The notes under the pieces were generated by a model. The model ran no database searches and had not been told where the DNA came from. It was given only the letters and a program-made list of their open reading frames with translations. The translations under genes and the position numbers were made by a program. A stretch of DNA of 64,000 nucleotides from Octopus sinensis (taxonomy: Eukaryota): the NCBI RefSeq assembly GCF_006345805.1, contig NC_043000.1, positions 33,790,001 to 33,854,000 of the forward strand. The letters run 5' to 3'. Shown piece by piece: positions 23,608-36,685 of the stretch (the first letter of the stretch is position 1; each line of letters opens with the position of its first letter).

Positions 23608-24519
23608 AGGTATGTAGAAAAATACAACATGGACAAGAACTTATAACTCTTAGAAGACGATACAATAAACACGGACAGGACATTCGAAACCCTCAGTCTT
23701 CAGTCAAGAACCGGATCATCGTAGAATTCGGCTGATAATCTTGAGATTACTAGATCACGGCCAGCCCTCCAAGAAAAACTAAGCACGAGCATTAGAAAAA
23801 ACTAAGCTGGGAGCGTAGATTGTCCTGGAAGAAGGATCGAATGCATACGAACACACGGGACAGCAAAAGGGACGAATATAAAAAGCAAAAAACAATAATG
23901 GAATACGAAACATGAAATACAGAAGCATTAACGGTGAAAACAACAAGTGTCTTACGACTGATAACAAGCAAACTAATTTCTCTCTGGCGCATTGGAAAGG
24001 AGCCTTATCGGCGATGCCTTGGCGGCGGACGAAAAACAACGATGTTAACATGTCGTGGTGGGAAGCTGAAAGGCAGATTTCGGCCAGCGGTCACGTGACA
24101 GAGAAGAGAGAAAAGAAAAGAAAGAGAAGCAAAGAAGGAAGAGAGAGAGAGAAGAGAGAGAGAGAGGAGGGACAAACGCAACAAGGGGAGAGAAGAGAGA
24201 GAAAGAAGGAATCAGAGAGGAGAAGGTATGAGTGTCGAAGATTGACCTGTGAGTGCAGAGAGCGAGACAAGAAATGGAAGGGTAGGGGAAGATTAGACCA
24301 AAGAATCAGAGGAAAGAGAAGAGAAAAGAGGAGAGTAGAAAAAGAGAGAGAAGGGGACAGATCAAGTAAAGTGAAGAGAGAGAGAGAACAGAGAGTGTAA
24401 CCAATTTTTAAGAATATGTGCTCACATTAATGTTAAGAGGGTACGTAGCGCCTGGAATATATCTTAAGGTAGGTAGAAAATACAACATGGATATATATAT
24501 ATATATATAATATATACAT

Positions 24520-24574
<55 letters not shown>

Positions 24575-24751
24575 ATATATATTAAATTAGAGATAAAACC
24601 ACTATTGGCAAATCAAACAGTGAAAAGCATAACCATACACGAAAATAAATTAATTAATATAAATCTAAAAAAATAAAATATAAAATTCAAATTTAAATAA
24701 TATAAAGTTAAAATTTAAAATTATTTAATTATTAATATACTTATAAATTTA

Positions 24752-24796
<45 letters not shown>

Positions 24797-24937
24797 TATA
24801 TATATATATATATATATCATATATTAAGGGCTAAGAGTTATTCTAAAGCCAATAACTGTTTTATCCACTTATAATCCGCTTGTTACAGGAAATTGAAACT
24901 GAAAACGGGCACTAACCTTTAGAAATTAAATTTCGTA

Positions 24938-24998
24938 CATAGAATCAATTTCGGACTTAATCTTATAAAAAACGAATATATTCCTTCTTCAGTAGAAC
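24938..24998 (-). ncRNA. Type I hammerhead motif, unit 1 (stem III degenerate)
   Basis: Minus strand GTTCTA-CTGAAGA-A-GGA...TCC-GAAA-TTGATTC-TATG. Confidence 0.5.
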
Positions 24999-25414
24999 TT
25001 CGAGGATATAAATAAATACCACGTATGATCATGGAAAAACAACAAAGCTAAAACATACTACACTTTGAGTACCTCACTTATATCTAAAAATAAAAATTCT
25101 TTGGTCACCTCAGAAAACAACGTCCAGAAAGCCTTTCGCCGCTCAAATTGTAATGGGTACCAGTTTCTCCGTAGCAGCTCGAGTTTACTACTAAGCAATA
25201 TAGTGAAGTCCCTTACTCTAAACAGCAAAGGAATCATCAGGAAGCGTGGGCAGTATATTTAAAAAAACCGTACGGTTGCAATATACATCATATAATTAAG
25301 GGCTAAAGGGGTGTATTCAAAGCCAAATACAACGTTTTATCCACTTATAATCCGCTTGTTACAGGAAAATTGAAACTGAAAACGGCAACTAACCTTAGAA
25401 TTTAAATTCGTTAT

Positions 25415-25474
25415 CTCTATATTGATCAATTTCGGATAATCTAAAAAAAAGATATATTCCCTTCTTCAGTGAAC
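25415..25474 (-). ncRNA. Type I hammerhead motif, unit 2
   Basis: Minus strand GTTCA-CTGAAGA-A-GGGA..ATCT/AGAT..TCC-GAAA-TTGATCAA-TA-TAGAG; palindrome ATTGATCAAT (25421-25430), AUA triplet; TAGAG pairs with the TTCTA seen in unit 1. Confidence 0.7.
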
Positions 25475-25956
25475 TTTTCGATGGATATAAATATACTCAC
25501 GTATTATCATGGAAAAGGCACAAGCTAAAAACATAATACACTTATACATCACTTATATTAAAAAAAAATTCTTGGTCAGCCTCAGAAAACAACGTCCAGA
25601 CCTTTCGCTCGCTACATTGTAATGGTACCATCCCCTGTAGCAAGCTCGGTTTATACTAAGCAATATAGGATGAAGTCCCTTACTCTAAAAGCAAAGGAAT
25701 TCATCAGGAAGCGTGCAATTATATTAAAAAAAACCGTTACGGTTGCAATATCCATCAATAATTAAGGGCTAAAGAGGGTTATTCTAAAGCCAAATACACT
25801 GTTTTATCCAATATTTTTATATTTTATTATTATTATTTTATTTATAAAAGATTTTATATATATAAATACAACTATCAAAAAGTATTAAAAAGTTTAATAT
25901 AAGATAAGAGTATATTATATATATATATATATATAATATATATATATATATATAAA

Positions 25957-26195
25957 CGGATGAATAAAAATCCAAGGCTGTGGAAGATTTTCAGAACATT
26001 TATAAATAGGTCCTTACAGCTGTTTCTGGGATATTTTATATTATCCCTCCATTGGTTAAGCAATAGTTATTCTAGATAAGATATGGAATAGAGAGTGAAG
26101 TGGAGGAATTAAATAGACATGAGATATGCAGGGATATTGTATCTGCAGTTCCATTATTTAGGCAGAATGGTATACATACAAGATTCCTGTACCAT
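25957..26195 (-). mobile_element. HHR-family E repeat, core decayed
   Basis: Minus strand GGGATA/TATCCC stem, GAAAC AGCT GTA; homologous to 48780-49130 (e.g. ATAATGGARCTGCAG). Confidence 0.65.
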
Positions 26196-26201
26196 GTATT
26201 T

Positions 26202-26234
<33 letters not shown>

Positions 26235-26238
26235 AATA

Positions 26239-26308
26239 TATACATAAATTATTAGAGAGTTATCCACTATGTGGATAACTTGGATAACTCTCTAATAATT
26301 TATGTATA
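26239..26308. repeat. Perfect 28-bp inverted repeat
   Basis: TATACATAAATTATTAGAGAGTTATCCA at 26239-26266 and its complement at 26281-26308; the spacer holds a second TGGATAACT. Confidence 0.85.
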
Positions 26309-26525
26309 AATTTGTATTTTCTCCGGAGTTTTTTTGTGCTAAGCCACTTGGTGTTAAATTAATGGTATTATTAAATTAATATCGATTTTTCACCCTCATT
26401 TATAATTTTATATATATAAATAAATATATATATATACATATATACACACATTACATATGTGTGCGCTCGTATGTGTGCGTGTGTGTGTGTTTATGTATGT
26501 GTGTGTATGTGCGTGTGTGTGTGTG

Positions 26526-27030
26526 ATTATTCAGTTTTATTTCGAGATTTCCTGCCAATAGTGAAAGAGTCAGTTTTCTAAGGCTCCTTCACTGAAATTT
26601 CAACAGCATCATCAGGGTATGTGTGCATATTTGCTTGCATGTGTGCAGTATTTGGTGTCAGTGCATGTACAGATTTGTATGTCTTGCTTTATGTATCAAT
26701 TGTCTAGACATGCAACTGTATGCATTGCTAGACATGCACATACTTACTTAAATGGCAAACTTCTGGAAGGACTTACAGATTCTTACAGTTCCAGATTTTT
26801 TCAGACTTTTACAGATGGATTGGATCTGTAGCCTTCGAATCAGCTTTCTTCTTTCTGGTTTTGAGAAGCCTAATCTCTCAAGATTGGTAATTAGGCAGTT
26901 TGTTACACATCCCAGAGCCCCAATAATTACAGGTATGAACCTGAACATGTAATCTGGATAGAGTAGATTTCTCAATAGTTCAGTGCAGGTATTCTATTTT
27001 TAACTGATCTTCAGCTTTATGTTAACATCC
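26526..27030 (-). mobile_element. RLE-type non-LTR retrotransposon 3' fragment
   Basis: LLYPDYMFRFIPVIIGALG...GTVRICKSF (RLE C-terminal block), 3' UTR ending CTGAATAATC followed by (AC)n. Confidence 0.75.
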
Positions 27031-28049
27031 GCACCTATGCACAGTTTCTCTTCTCTATCTCAAATCATTATATCAGATCTATTGTGTTTACATTTTTATT
27101 GAACTTTTCACTGAGACATTTCACCAGTACTCCCTTTTATTATGATTGGCTATAGCTTCTACCATACTATGGGTGCTTATTTCACTGTCGTCGGGGTCAT
27201 CCTTCCGACAGATCTCATTATACTGTGTCTTAGCCACAATATTATGCCTCATCGGTAAATATACCATGATGACATATTCGGACAGCTGGTAATATATATA
27301 TATATATATATCTTTTGTAGCAGTTGATTGATGTCTTTGATTGGGGAAGAAAATCAGGCACGTTTTCTTTGAAGAGTTGTCAAGAAACCGTTGAACAGCT
27401 TGTCACAATTTTTGCTTTCTCTTCCATTCATCAATAGATTACAAGCAACGTGTTAACATTCTTAATACACCCACCATGACGCTTGGTCACAATGAAATTC
27501 AGTTCAGTTGTTCTCGTTTATACTGTTGTCAATTACATACATACATGCATACATAAATACCTACATGCATACATACATACATACATACATACATACATAC
27601 TTACTTACATACACACATACATACATACATACACACACACATACATACATACTTACATACACACATACATACATACATACATACATATATACATACATAC
27701 ATACATATGTATATATACGCATGTATCCATATATGTATATATGTATGCATGTATGTATGTATGTATGTATGTATGTATTATACTTTTACAATTTACAGGA
27801 CGTCTGGTGTCAGGGACTTCGAAGTTTTGCCTGCGAGCTTTCATCGGTAACTTCCTTGTAAAACTATAATAAATATACTCTGCAAAATGTATTGAGTACT
27901 CCTTCAGTTTAATAGAAAATTATTTATATTGTAACTTAAAAACAAACATTAGCATGTGTGAGTGTGGATGTGTGTGTGTGTGTCTGTGTAGGTAGGTAGA
28001 TTGGTGCATACATGCATGTATATATATATATATATATATATATAGTAGT

Positions 28050-29290
28050 GTATTCTTTTATTCTGTTTATTCTTTTATTCCGTCAGTATCATCACGTTTT
28101 CAATGACCATTCTCATGTGGTTAGTATTGTTTATGGACAAGTTTGATATTGCTTGATCTTGGCCAGTAGAAGGTCAACCTGTTTCTTGAATACAGCTACC
28201 TTCACTCCATGTAGACCTCTCAGGTTTTTCTGACAGAATATTGAATAGATGTGGGCCTTCGAATTCCAGGCTTTTGCAGTGCCTGGTCCTTGATCTAAAT
28301 GGGATGGGCGGGACCTTTGGAACAGTGAATTTACATCCTGTTCTCGATGTCAAGTTTTGGTGCCAGCTCTTCTAAGATTTTGCTGATGTATAGCGCCACA
28401 TATCGCCTCCGTTGTCGCTCCAAGGTGTTTAGTCGTAACCCTTTCAGTCCCTCCCAGTATCTCAACTGTTACATTGATGCAATCTTCTGGGTGAAGCACC
28501 TCTGAACTGCGTCCTGTAACGAAGTTAATTTGACCGTGTGATGTGACCATGGTCAAGAGCAGTAGTTCAGACAGCTGAGGAGAAATATCCTCCATAAGGC
28601 CAGTATAGCTTTCTGATCCTTTGTTCTGAAAATTCTCAGAATCTACATGGTCATTAGCCTGCTTCATTGTCACTATCCTGGTAATATGTACATGTACGAA
28701 GCACTGTGTTTGACTCTAGGACTGCTGCTCCTTTTGATCAAAAGTATCTCTGTTGCGGCGTGTCAGCACAAGCTGGCTGGTAACAGAAGGCTTGGAATTG
28801 GTTTGCGTTAAACTGAACGCTATTTTCTTCAGCTCATTTATATATGGTACCAAGATATTTCTGTAGAAGATTACATCAAGATGTTCCTTGACTATTTGTA
28901 CTACTTTTGTGTCAACGGCACAGCTAGTAAGAGTGACTGCATTAGTGATGGTATGCTCGAGAAGGTCACCACAAACAGTGGCGGCCCCAAGACAATTTCC
29001 TGAGACACTCCGCTCACTATGAATATCTTCTTCAGGAGTGCTCCACTGGCTGCTAGAGCCAGCTTCTATCTTTTAAGAAGTCATGTAACCACTCTCAGTT
29101 TTCCAAAAGAGCCAAACCCTCGTAGCTTGTGACGTATTATCCTGTGTTCGCCATCTCAAAGGTCTTTGCAAAATCGAGACATATTACGCCCACGTTTGAG
29201 TGATTCCTTGGTCGTTTCAATACCCAGTCATAATGCTGCAGAAGTTGTGTAAGCCAACCTTTCATGCTAAACCCTGCTAACCTTTCATGC
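28050..29290 (-). mobile_element. CR1/L2-group LINE, RT and 3' end, heavily decayed
   Basis: Across frames: LDFAKTF, SGVSQEIVLGP (for SGVPQGTVLGP), DTKVV, WILRIFRT, NYCS..W, VQRCFT, YWE.LK.L; short tandem GAATAAAA tail. Confidence 0.75.
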
Positions 29291-30938
29291 TAACCCTAAG
29301 AACTCTTCAACTATAGCTATTTGCAAGTGTCCCAACGGATGTGTGAAAACACATTTGCATTGCACATTCAATATTTCATTTATCCTCTAAGAGCCTGTAG
29401 TCAATGAACCATCTCCTTCGAACAGTGGCCACATCTCGTGCTGTACTGAAGCAGACACTTTTACAAGTCTATTGAGGGTTTTAGAGTTTGTCTCTACATT
29501 TTTACAGCCCTAGTTCCTTTCCCGCCCTCTCCTTTTAATAGGAATGTTTGAGTTTACTTTCAATCTCAAGCAATGCTTGTTTGAGATAGGATAACCCACA
29601 TACAACGATTGTGGACCACTTACGACGACTTGAGATCTTTGCACGTCGTCTCATTAGAATCTCCCTACCTCCAGGAATTATGTTTTTCGTTTATTTGGTA
29701 TTCTCTCTGGGACAAACTTACTGTATATGTTATGCGAAATTGTCACAAAGAACTATAGCGTTGTGTCAATGGCTTATTTGGAAATGGATGCGTGGCGTTC
29801 CATCATATAATAATATAAATAATATATATATATATATATACATATATACTTGTTTTAACTGTCCTGCTTTTGTTACCAACTCTGACCATCCACAAATCCC
29901 AAATTTTATTTAATTTGCTTTGCAGAAGCGACTGTTTTGATAAAAGACGCGTCTTGTCCAAACGCTCGAAAAAGGAGTAGATTAAACAGAGGACAACTGA
30001 TGAAGGGATTGTTCTTTATGTTTATTTTTGTTTCTTTCGTTGTTTTTATTTTCATCTTCTCGTTTTTCTTTTTGTTTATGCATGTGTATATACATATATA
30101 TATATGTACATGTATGTATGTATATATACATATACATATATTTTATTATATATATGTATGTGTATGTGTGTGTGTGTATAGAGACATATAGCTAGAGATA
30201 GATGATACATAATACACACACTTACATACACATATACATACAAACATACATACATACGTATATACAAACATATATACACACACATACATACATGCATATA
30301 TATCTACACACACACATACATACATACATACATACATACATACTTACATACATACATACATACTTACATACATATGTGTATGCGTATATACATGCATGTA
30401 TACACAAGACGCAAGCATTCCTGTGAATGTGAGTGATGGTATCTGCCTGTCCGTGAATGAATGCAACTGACGTTGCTGAATAATGAGTATGAATGTGTGT
30501 GTGCGCACGCGGAGGTGTGCTTGTGTATGTGTGTGTCCGTGTGTGCTGGCCTTGTCCGTCTGTGTGTATCAGTTGCATGAATGACGAGTAAGTGTTGTTT
30601 GTAAAAGTTAGTCTACAAAGAGTGAAATAATAGAAATATATGTGTTGGTAATTGAATGAGTCAGAGAAGGAAAGTTGAAGAGGTTTGCGTGAGAATTTTT
30701 ATGAATGAAAAACGAGCGAAAGAGAGAGAGAGAGGGGGGAGAGAGAGAGAGAAGGGAAAAGAGCCAGGGAGAGAAGACAGAGGGAGAGATGCAAAGAGGT
30801 GAGACGTCAGTTAAATTACGCGTCCGCGTGTGTGTGTGTGTGGACATAACCATACAAACATACATACATAGTGCTTCACCCATATTTATGAATGTATTAT
30901 GTATATACAAGTGCGCGCTTACACACATGCGCGTATAC

Positions 30939-30981
<43 letters not shown>

Positions 30982-30994
30982 ACATATATATGTA

Positions 30995-31046
<52 letters not shown>

Positions 31047-31234
31047 CATACATATGCGCAGCACATACATATATGTATATGCACTATATATATATATATA
31101 TATATGCACGTATATATACACACATATATGCACATATATATACATACACATAATATAAGACTATATAAAAATAAGCATATGCGTACACATATACGCACAT
31201 ACACATATACGTATGAACATGCATATGTATATGT

Positions 31235-31268
<34 letters not shown>

Positions 31269-31331
31269 GCATATATGCAAAGAGAGAGAGAGAGAGAGAG
31301 AGATTGAATTGTAACTTTTATATGTATGTTG

Positions 31332-31402
<71 letters not shown>

Positions 31403-31791
31403 CGTATGTACGTATGTATGTAATAAATGTGTGCGTATATATTGCGGAGGAATGGGACAGAGGTGTGCGTTGGCGGAGGTGGCGGTGGTTGGTGGACATC
31501 TCCGCTGCGCCATGAGTCATGTTTACATTAACCTTAAGTGTTATTTTAGCCAGCTAGGGGTGGGAGTAGGAGGAGAGCCACTGTGGGGCTTGACCTTTCC
31601 TCCCACTTCCAGGACATTACCTCACAACTGTCCCCCCCCCTCCTATCGTCTGTCTGCTTCTCCGTCTGTCTCCCTCTCTTTCTCCCTCATAACATGAATA
31701 ATTCACACAACTTTATTAACGCCGCCAGAAGGAACCAAAAACCAGCCCCGTCCCTCTCTTTCTGAATGTGTTGTTCAATGTGCGCGTGAAG

Positions 31792-31843
<52 letters not shown>

Positions 31844-32139
31844 GTGTGAGTATATATTCATTGGAGCGTTTGTATATGTATGTGTGCGTGAGTATGTGTG
31901 CGTGTGTGCATATTGTCATCGGTATATCTGTTTGTGTGTCTTTGCTATATAATGTATATGAGTTTAGCAGGTTTTGTATTAGTTGCTGTGTATGTGTGTC
32001 AGTATGTGTATGTTTGTGTTAGTGTATACATGCATATGTAAATGATAGAGTCTATATGCATGTGTCTGTATGTATAATATATGCATATATACATACATAC
32101 ACACACACATATATATATATATATATTTGTATATATATA

Positions 32140-32182
<43 letters not shown>

Positions 32183-33040
32183 TATTTACACACACACATA
32201 TATATATAAACACGCACACATATGGTGTTCGTGTAGGTACGCAAAGCGTCTGTATGTGTGCGTGAGTGAAAGAATATAATTAAATGTTTGTATATGCAAA
32301 TGCCTTTATATTTGTATGTACGTGTGCAGGTATGAAATTAGGTGAGTGTATATGTAGACCCCACCAAAACCACCACCACCACCACCACTACTACTACTAC
32401 TACTCCTGTTCCCGGTTGAAGTGGCTGCTGATTCAACACTTTTCAACAAACTGCTACAACTACAACAACAATAATCGCAGCTGTCTCTGAAATGTCCCGA
32501 CGCCGATGTGGTACCAACAGTGGCTCAGTACCAGCTGTCTGTAAAACGGTTTCACCCTCGAATATAAGTCAAACAGGCAATGAAACCAGAGAAACATGGC
32601 AGCCATTTTAGAAAGTTAGCTACACTCTCTCGCATTACACAACTAAACTAGGGCACAAGCCTATACACTACTGCATTCCTGTACTACACTTTAATACACT
32701 ACCGCTATACTACGTACCATACTATAATACACTACTACATCACACTACTACTTTACTGTAACACACTACCACCTTACCACAACACACGGTGACTACTATG
32801 CTGCACCACTACGTTACATGATATCACTCTATGCACTGCAGTAGTCCAATCGGATTAAGACGGGCAGAAGTAAAAGGAACGCTATCGTTGGGCTTCCTGT
32901 CAGAAAGGGGACTCAACGCCCCTCCCCTCTTGTGTGACGTTATTTATTATTAATTGTTGTGTATAAAATATCATAATTATTTAGTATAAGTAGTGTTGTT
33001 GTTGTTGTTGTTGTTCTTCTTCTTCTTCTTCTTCTTCTTC

Positions 33041-33078
<38 letters not shown>

Positions 33079-33081
<3 letters not shown>

Positions 33082-33196
33082 TACATTATTTACATTTGAC
33101 GGATATTTGTCCTCATCTTGTTTGTTGTTAACACTACGTTTCGGCCGATATACCCTCCAGCCTTCATCAGGATGTCATGGGAAAATTTCGAACCTG
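33079..33196 (-). mobile_element. Family D tail, inverted copy
   Basis: Reverse complement aligns with 14450-14570. Confidence 0.85.
33129..33177 (-). ncRNA. Minimal type I hammerhead motif (family D), near intact
   Basis: Minus strand TGACA(T)C-CTGATGA-A-GGCTG/CGGCC-GAAA-C GT A-GTGTTA; GUA triplet; one bulged base in stem I. Confidence 0.65.
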
Positions 33197-33256
33197 CACG
33201 GGCATATAGCGTAGTGGTTAAGAGTGCGGGCTACTAACCCCAAGATAATAATAATA

Positions 33257-33288
<32 letters not shown>

Positions 33289-33314
33289 AATAATAATAAT
33301 AATAATAATAATAT

Positions 33315-33349
<35 letters not shown>

Positions 33350-33514
33350 TAATAACAACATCGAAAAATACCTTAGGAATGAGAACATAGGTTTGACGAA
33401 GGCTGGAGGGTATATCAGCCAAAACGTTTTGTTAACAACAAACAAGATGAGGACAAATATCCATCAAATGTAAATAATGTAAATAATTCATCATCTCTTA
33501 AATATAGAACTGTA
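33197..33514 (+). mobile_element. Composite SINE family D: tRNA head + (AAT/GAT)n + tail
   Basis: Head GGGCATATAGCGTAGTGGTTAAGAG (B-box lost), microsatellite 33247-33357, tail 33358-33514 with a deleted or decayed HHR. Confidence 0.8.
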
Positions 33515-33517
33515 TTA

Positions 33518-33572
<55 letters not shown>

Positions 33573-33604
33573 ATCATCATCATCATCATTTTTATTATTA
33601 TTGA

Positions 33605-34045
33605 AGCGGCGAACTGGCAGACTCATTAGCACGCTAGACGAAATGCTTCGTGGTATTTCGGCGAGCTGGCAGAAACATTAGCACGCCGGGCGAAATGCGT
33701 AGCCGTATTTCGTTTGCCGTTACGTTCTGAGTTCAAATTCCGCCGAGGTCGACTTTGCATTTCATCCTTTCGGGGTCGATAAAATAAGGACCTGTTACGC
33801 ACTGGGGTCGATATAATCGACTTAATCCGTTTGTCTGTCCTTGTTTGTCCTCTCTGTGTTTAGCCCCTTGTGGGTAGTAAAGAAATAAGTATTTCGCCCG
33901 TCGCTACATTCTGGGTTCAAATTCCGTCGAGGTCGACTTTGCATTTCATCCTTTCGGGCTCGCGAAAATAATACTAGTTGAGCACTGCAGAACGATGTAA
34001 TCAACTCATCCCCAAGCTGCCCTTGTGGCAACACTTTGAAATAAT
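33605..34045 (+). mobile_element. Cluster of family C (Meta-like) SINE copies
   Basis: Duplicated head 33605-33660, full copy to ~33890, partial copy to ~34045. Confidence 0.8.
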
Positions 34046-34479
34046 TATTATTATGTTTATTATATCGATTCTTACGTAATTATGTGTTTAAATATTAAAA
34101 TACTAAGATTGGTTTGTTATATAATAGTTTAGGCAATTAAGTAAATAGCAGTTGAGTAACTTATACAGATATGGCGACATTAGAGACACCACAGGAACAA
34201 TAAACTGTATTCGTTTGTTAGCATAATAATAGCATCACCACCATTTCTCCTTGCGCACAGCCATACAGCCATACAGCCATTCAGCCATACAGTCATATCC
34301 TGATCAGTGAATCTACGTATTTTCAACTACTGTTTTGTTCAGTGGCTTCTAATCCCATCTGTATCCATTCAACGCTTGACGTCTGAAATATGGATGATGT
34401 ATACAGTATTGTCCTAAAGTACGGCCATACTGGACAGTTAACCAGGCTAACCACGGGTGGAGCGATCAAGTCAATTCAA

Positions 34480-34960
34480 TGATGAATCTGTTATAAAACT
34501 TATAAAGTAGGTGTCGCTGTAGCTCGTGGAATATATTCATAGACTGGTGGTTACTAGCTGTTTGGGAAAGAGCTCACTCGGTAAATTCAGACTCATGAAG
34601 TGTTTTCTGAGAACCATGGTGACCCATGAAAAACAAAATGTCCTATGTCTTTTGCATGTAAAAATTAAGGATATGGTGTTTGAGGATTCCGTTTTAGATT
34701 TTCAAGAAGCCAAGTGTAGACAAAGTATTTTTGTAGGTATTGCAGCAATGTATACAGCTGTAAAAGAATGAAACTTGTTGCAGTTAGTTTAGACGATAAA
34801 ATTATATCCATTCCCAGAAGTGTTTAACCTTGCTACGTGCTTTCTTGTGCAATAAATGAACTTTGAGAAGTTCGTGAAATATGTAGTTTCATTTTTGTGC
34901 TTGAGGCTCCCACAAAACTTACAGTACCCTGGGCTCCGCTAAGGTCTAAATATAGCTCTG
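34480..34960 (+). mobile_element. hAT (Tip100-like) transposase C-terminal relic and 3' end
   Basis: LVVTSCLGKSSLGKFRLMKCFLRT..EKQNVLCLLHV resembles the hAT dimerisation domain (PVTSCSAERSFSKLRLIK.YLRST); the 3' end GGCTCC...GCTCTG resembles Tip100-type termini. Confidence 0.55.
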
Positions 34961-36339
34961 CGTTCTTCCTAGTATTTCTCCTAATCGGTAATCGGGTACT
35001 GTGACTAATGAATAGGGACAGGCAATTTAGTGGGGTTAGTAAAATTTTAAAACTTGTCCAACAAGTTTTTTAAAAAGAATTTTATGTTTGTACATTGTGT
35101 TCTGTCTTTTCATAAATAAAGAGTGGAGTGGCATTTCTTTGAGGGAAGAATAGAAGTGTGTGTGTGTGTGTGTGGGGGGTCATCTGGTGTTTTTTGAGAT
35201 GGGGATGTTTAGTATTTTGGAATGGGGATACTTTGGAGCTTTAGAGTTGGTGTAGCTTACGAACTGAGAATCATTCTTCTCCATTCTTACTAAACCAAAA
35301 CGGTCAACCTTCTTTTGTCTCTCATCCTCCTCTCCAACCCAAGCTCTCATTTACACTTCATCCACCTTCTACTCTACTTCGACACTTACCCGGCTTTATA
35401 TCCACCCTCATTTAGCATTCATACTCTTCATCCACCTTCGCTCTCCGTCCTCTACTCATCTCTACCTTACTTTAAAACCACCCACCCTTCTTCCACCCTC
35501 TATCCTACCCTGCATTGACACTCCTCAACCTTAAAATCAACCTCTATCACACATTATTTAAAACTACACAAATCCACCTCAATAAACAAATAATGTCATC
35601 GCTTGAAACTTTAATCTCTCTCATCCAATTTATTTCAACAAATTAAATTACGTAAGCGACATCATCAATAAATAAAAATATGCTGAAAGCATGATTTAGT
35701 CTGAAACATATTATAATTTTAGGTTTAACCCCCGCCCCAAGCCATCGAGGAAATATGTGGTGGAAGGTTAAATGAGTGAGGAATAAAAAGAAATGTCGAT
35801 GCCAATCAGTTAAGCTTTTAATCTCAAAGAAATTCTGTAAGAGAAGTAAATCTATTTACGATACATAAATAGAACTTCAATCTCTATTTGCAGTTATTTC
35901 GGATTTATTTCATATAACATCTCTTGAAAGAGTACATCGCATGGCAGTTGTGGCGGTGGACGGGTGGGCAAAGACAGGGACGATGGAGAGAGTGAGGGAC
36001 AGACTTTTATTGCAGTCGGCCTTGATTTGGGGTTCAAATGATAGGTTCTTAGCTTCATTATGATAAATAAGAACTAAGTATTTAGTTATACCAAGTTAAT
36101 TATTACACTCTTATTCAAACGTTCTTTAATGTTAGAGTCAAAGGTGAAAAGGCAACAATTATGACCTTTCGTGGTGGGGGTCATTTTTCGTTACTGGAGG
36201 GGAATGGAGGGAAGAAGTTAGGATCAGACGAAAGATTTGAACGTTTACAATAATGTAGACCCTGTCACAAATAAACACAAGGTATCATATTGTGTCAAGC
36301 TGGGATGAAATGTGAGACCCAACAACAGAAACTGTCTTT

Positions 36340-36685
36340 CTTCTAGCTTCTGCACCGTTTCTGTCAACCAAATTTCATTCTGAAGGTCCAGGTCGACCTG
36401 AAATGTTTGGAGAAGACATTCGCCGTACAATGGAATTGAAACCGAAACAACAACTGTATGTGTTCTTCTGACAAAGATACAAATTGTTATTCTGTGTTGG
36501 ATGGCGAGCGTCGTAAACGATGCCTGATGGAGCTTCTTCCTTCTGTTCTGGGTTCAAATGCTGCCAGAATTAACTTTGTCTTTTATCCTTCCGGGATCGA
36601 CAAAATAAAGTACCTGTCAAGTACTGGGGTTGACTAGGTTCCCCCTGGCACCCAAATTATAGCCTTGTCTCTAAATGAGAAACAT
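36340..36685. mobile_element. Diverged family B head (minus) plus family C fragment (plus)
   Basis: ACCAAATTTCATTC..GGTCGACC..GAAGACATT (36365-36450); GTTCAAAT..TTTTATCCTTCCGGGATCGACAAAATAAAGTACC (36548-36685). Confidence 0.5.

Larger units (their letters stand above)
24824..25809 (-). repeat. Tandem array of ~470-bp units (2.1 copies), each full unit with a hammerhead motif
   Basis: Units start at TTAAGGGCTA 24824, 25296 and 25762; differences between units are mostly 1-2 bp indels. Confidence 0.85.

Noticed and set aside
23675-23710. Minus-strand CTGAAGA...CGAATGTC
   Set aside because: No GAAA, no stem II, no stem I pairing.
25225-25245. CTGATGA in the 470-bp unit (also near 25700)
   Set aside because: Not followed by a stem and GAAA; the real motif in the unit is the CTGAAGA one.
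26590-26620. CTGATGA-TGCTG..CAGT-GAAG in the RLE 3' UTR
   Set aside because: No GAAA or cleavage triplet, and the paralogues at 51.5 kb read CTGTTGT.
28990-29040. Minus-strand CTGAAGA...GAAATTGTC
   Set aside because: Falls within the CR1 RT coding motif and lacks stems I/II; coincidental.
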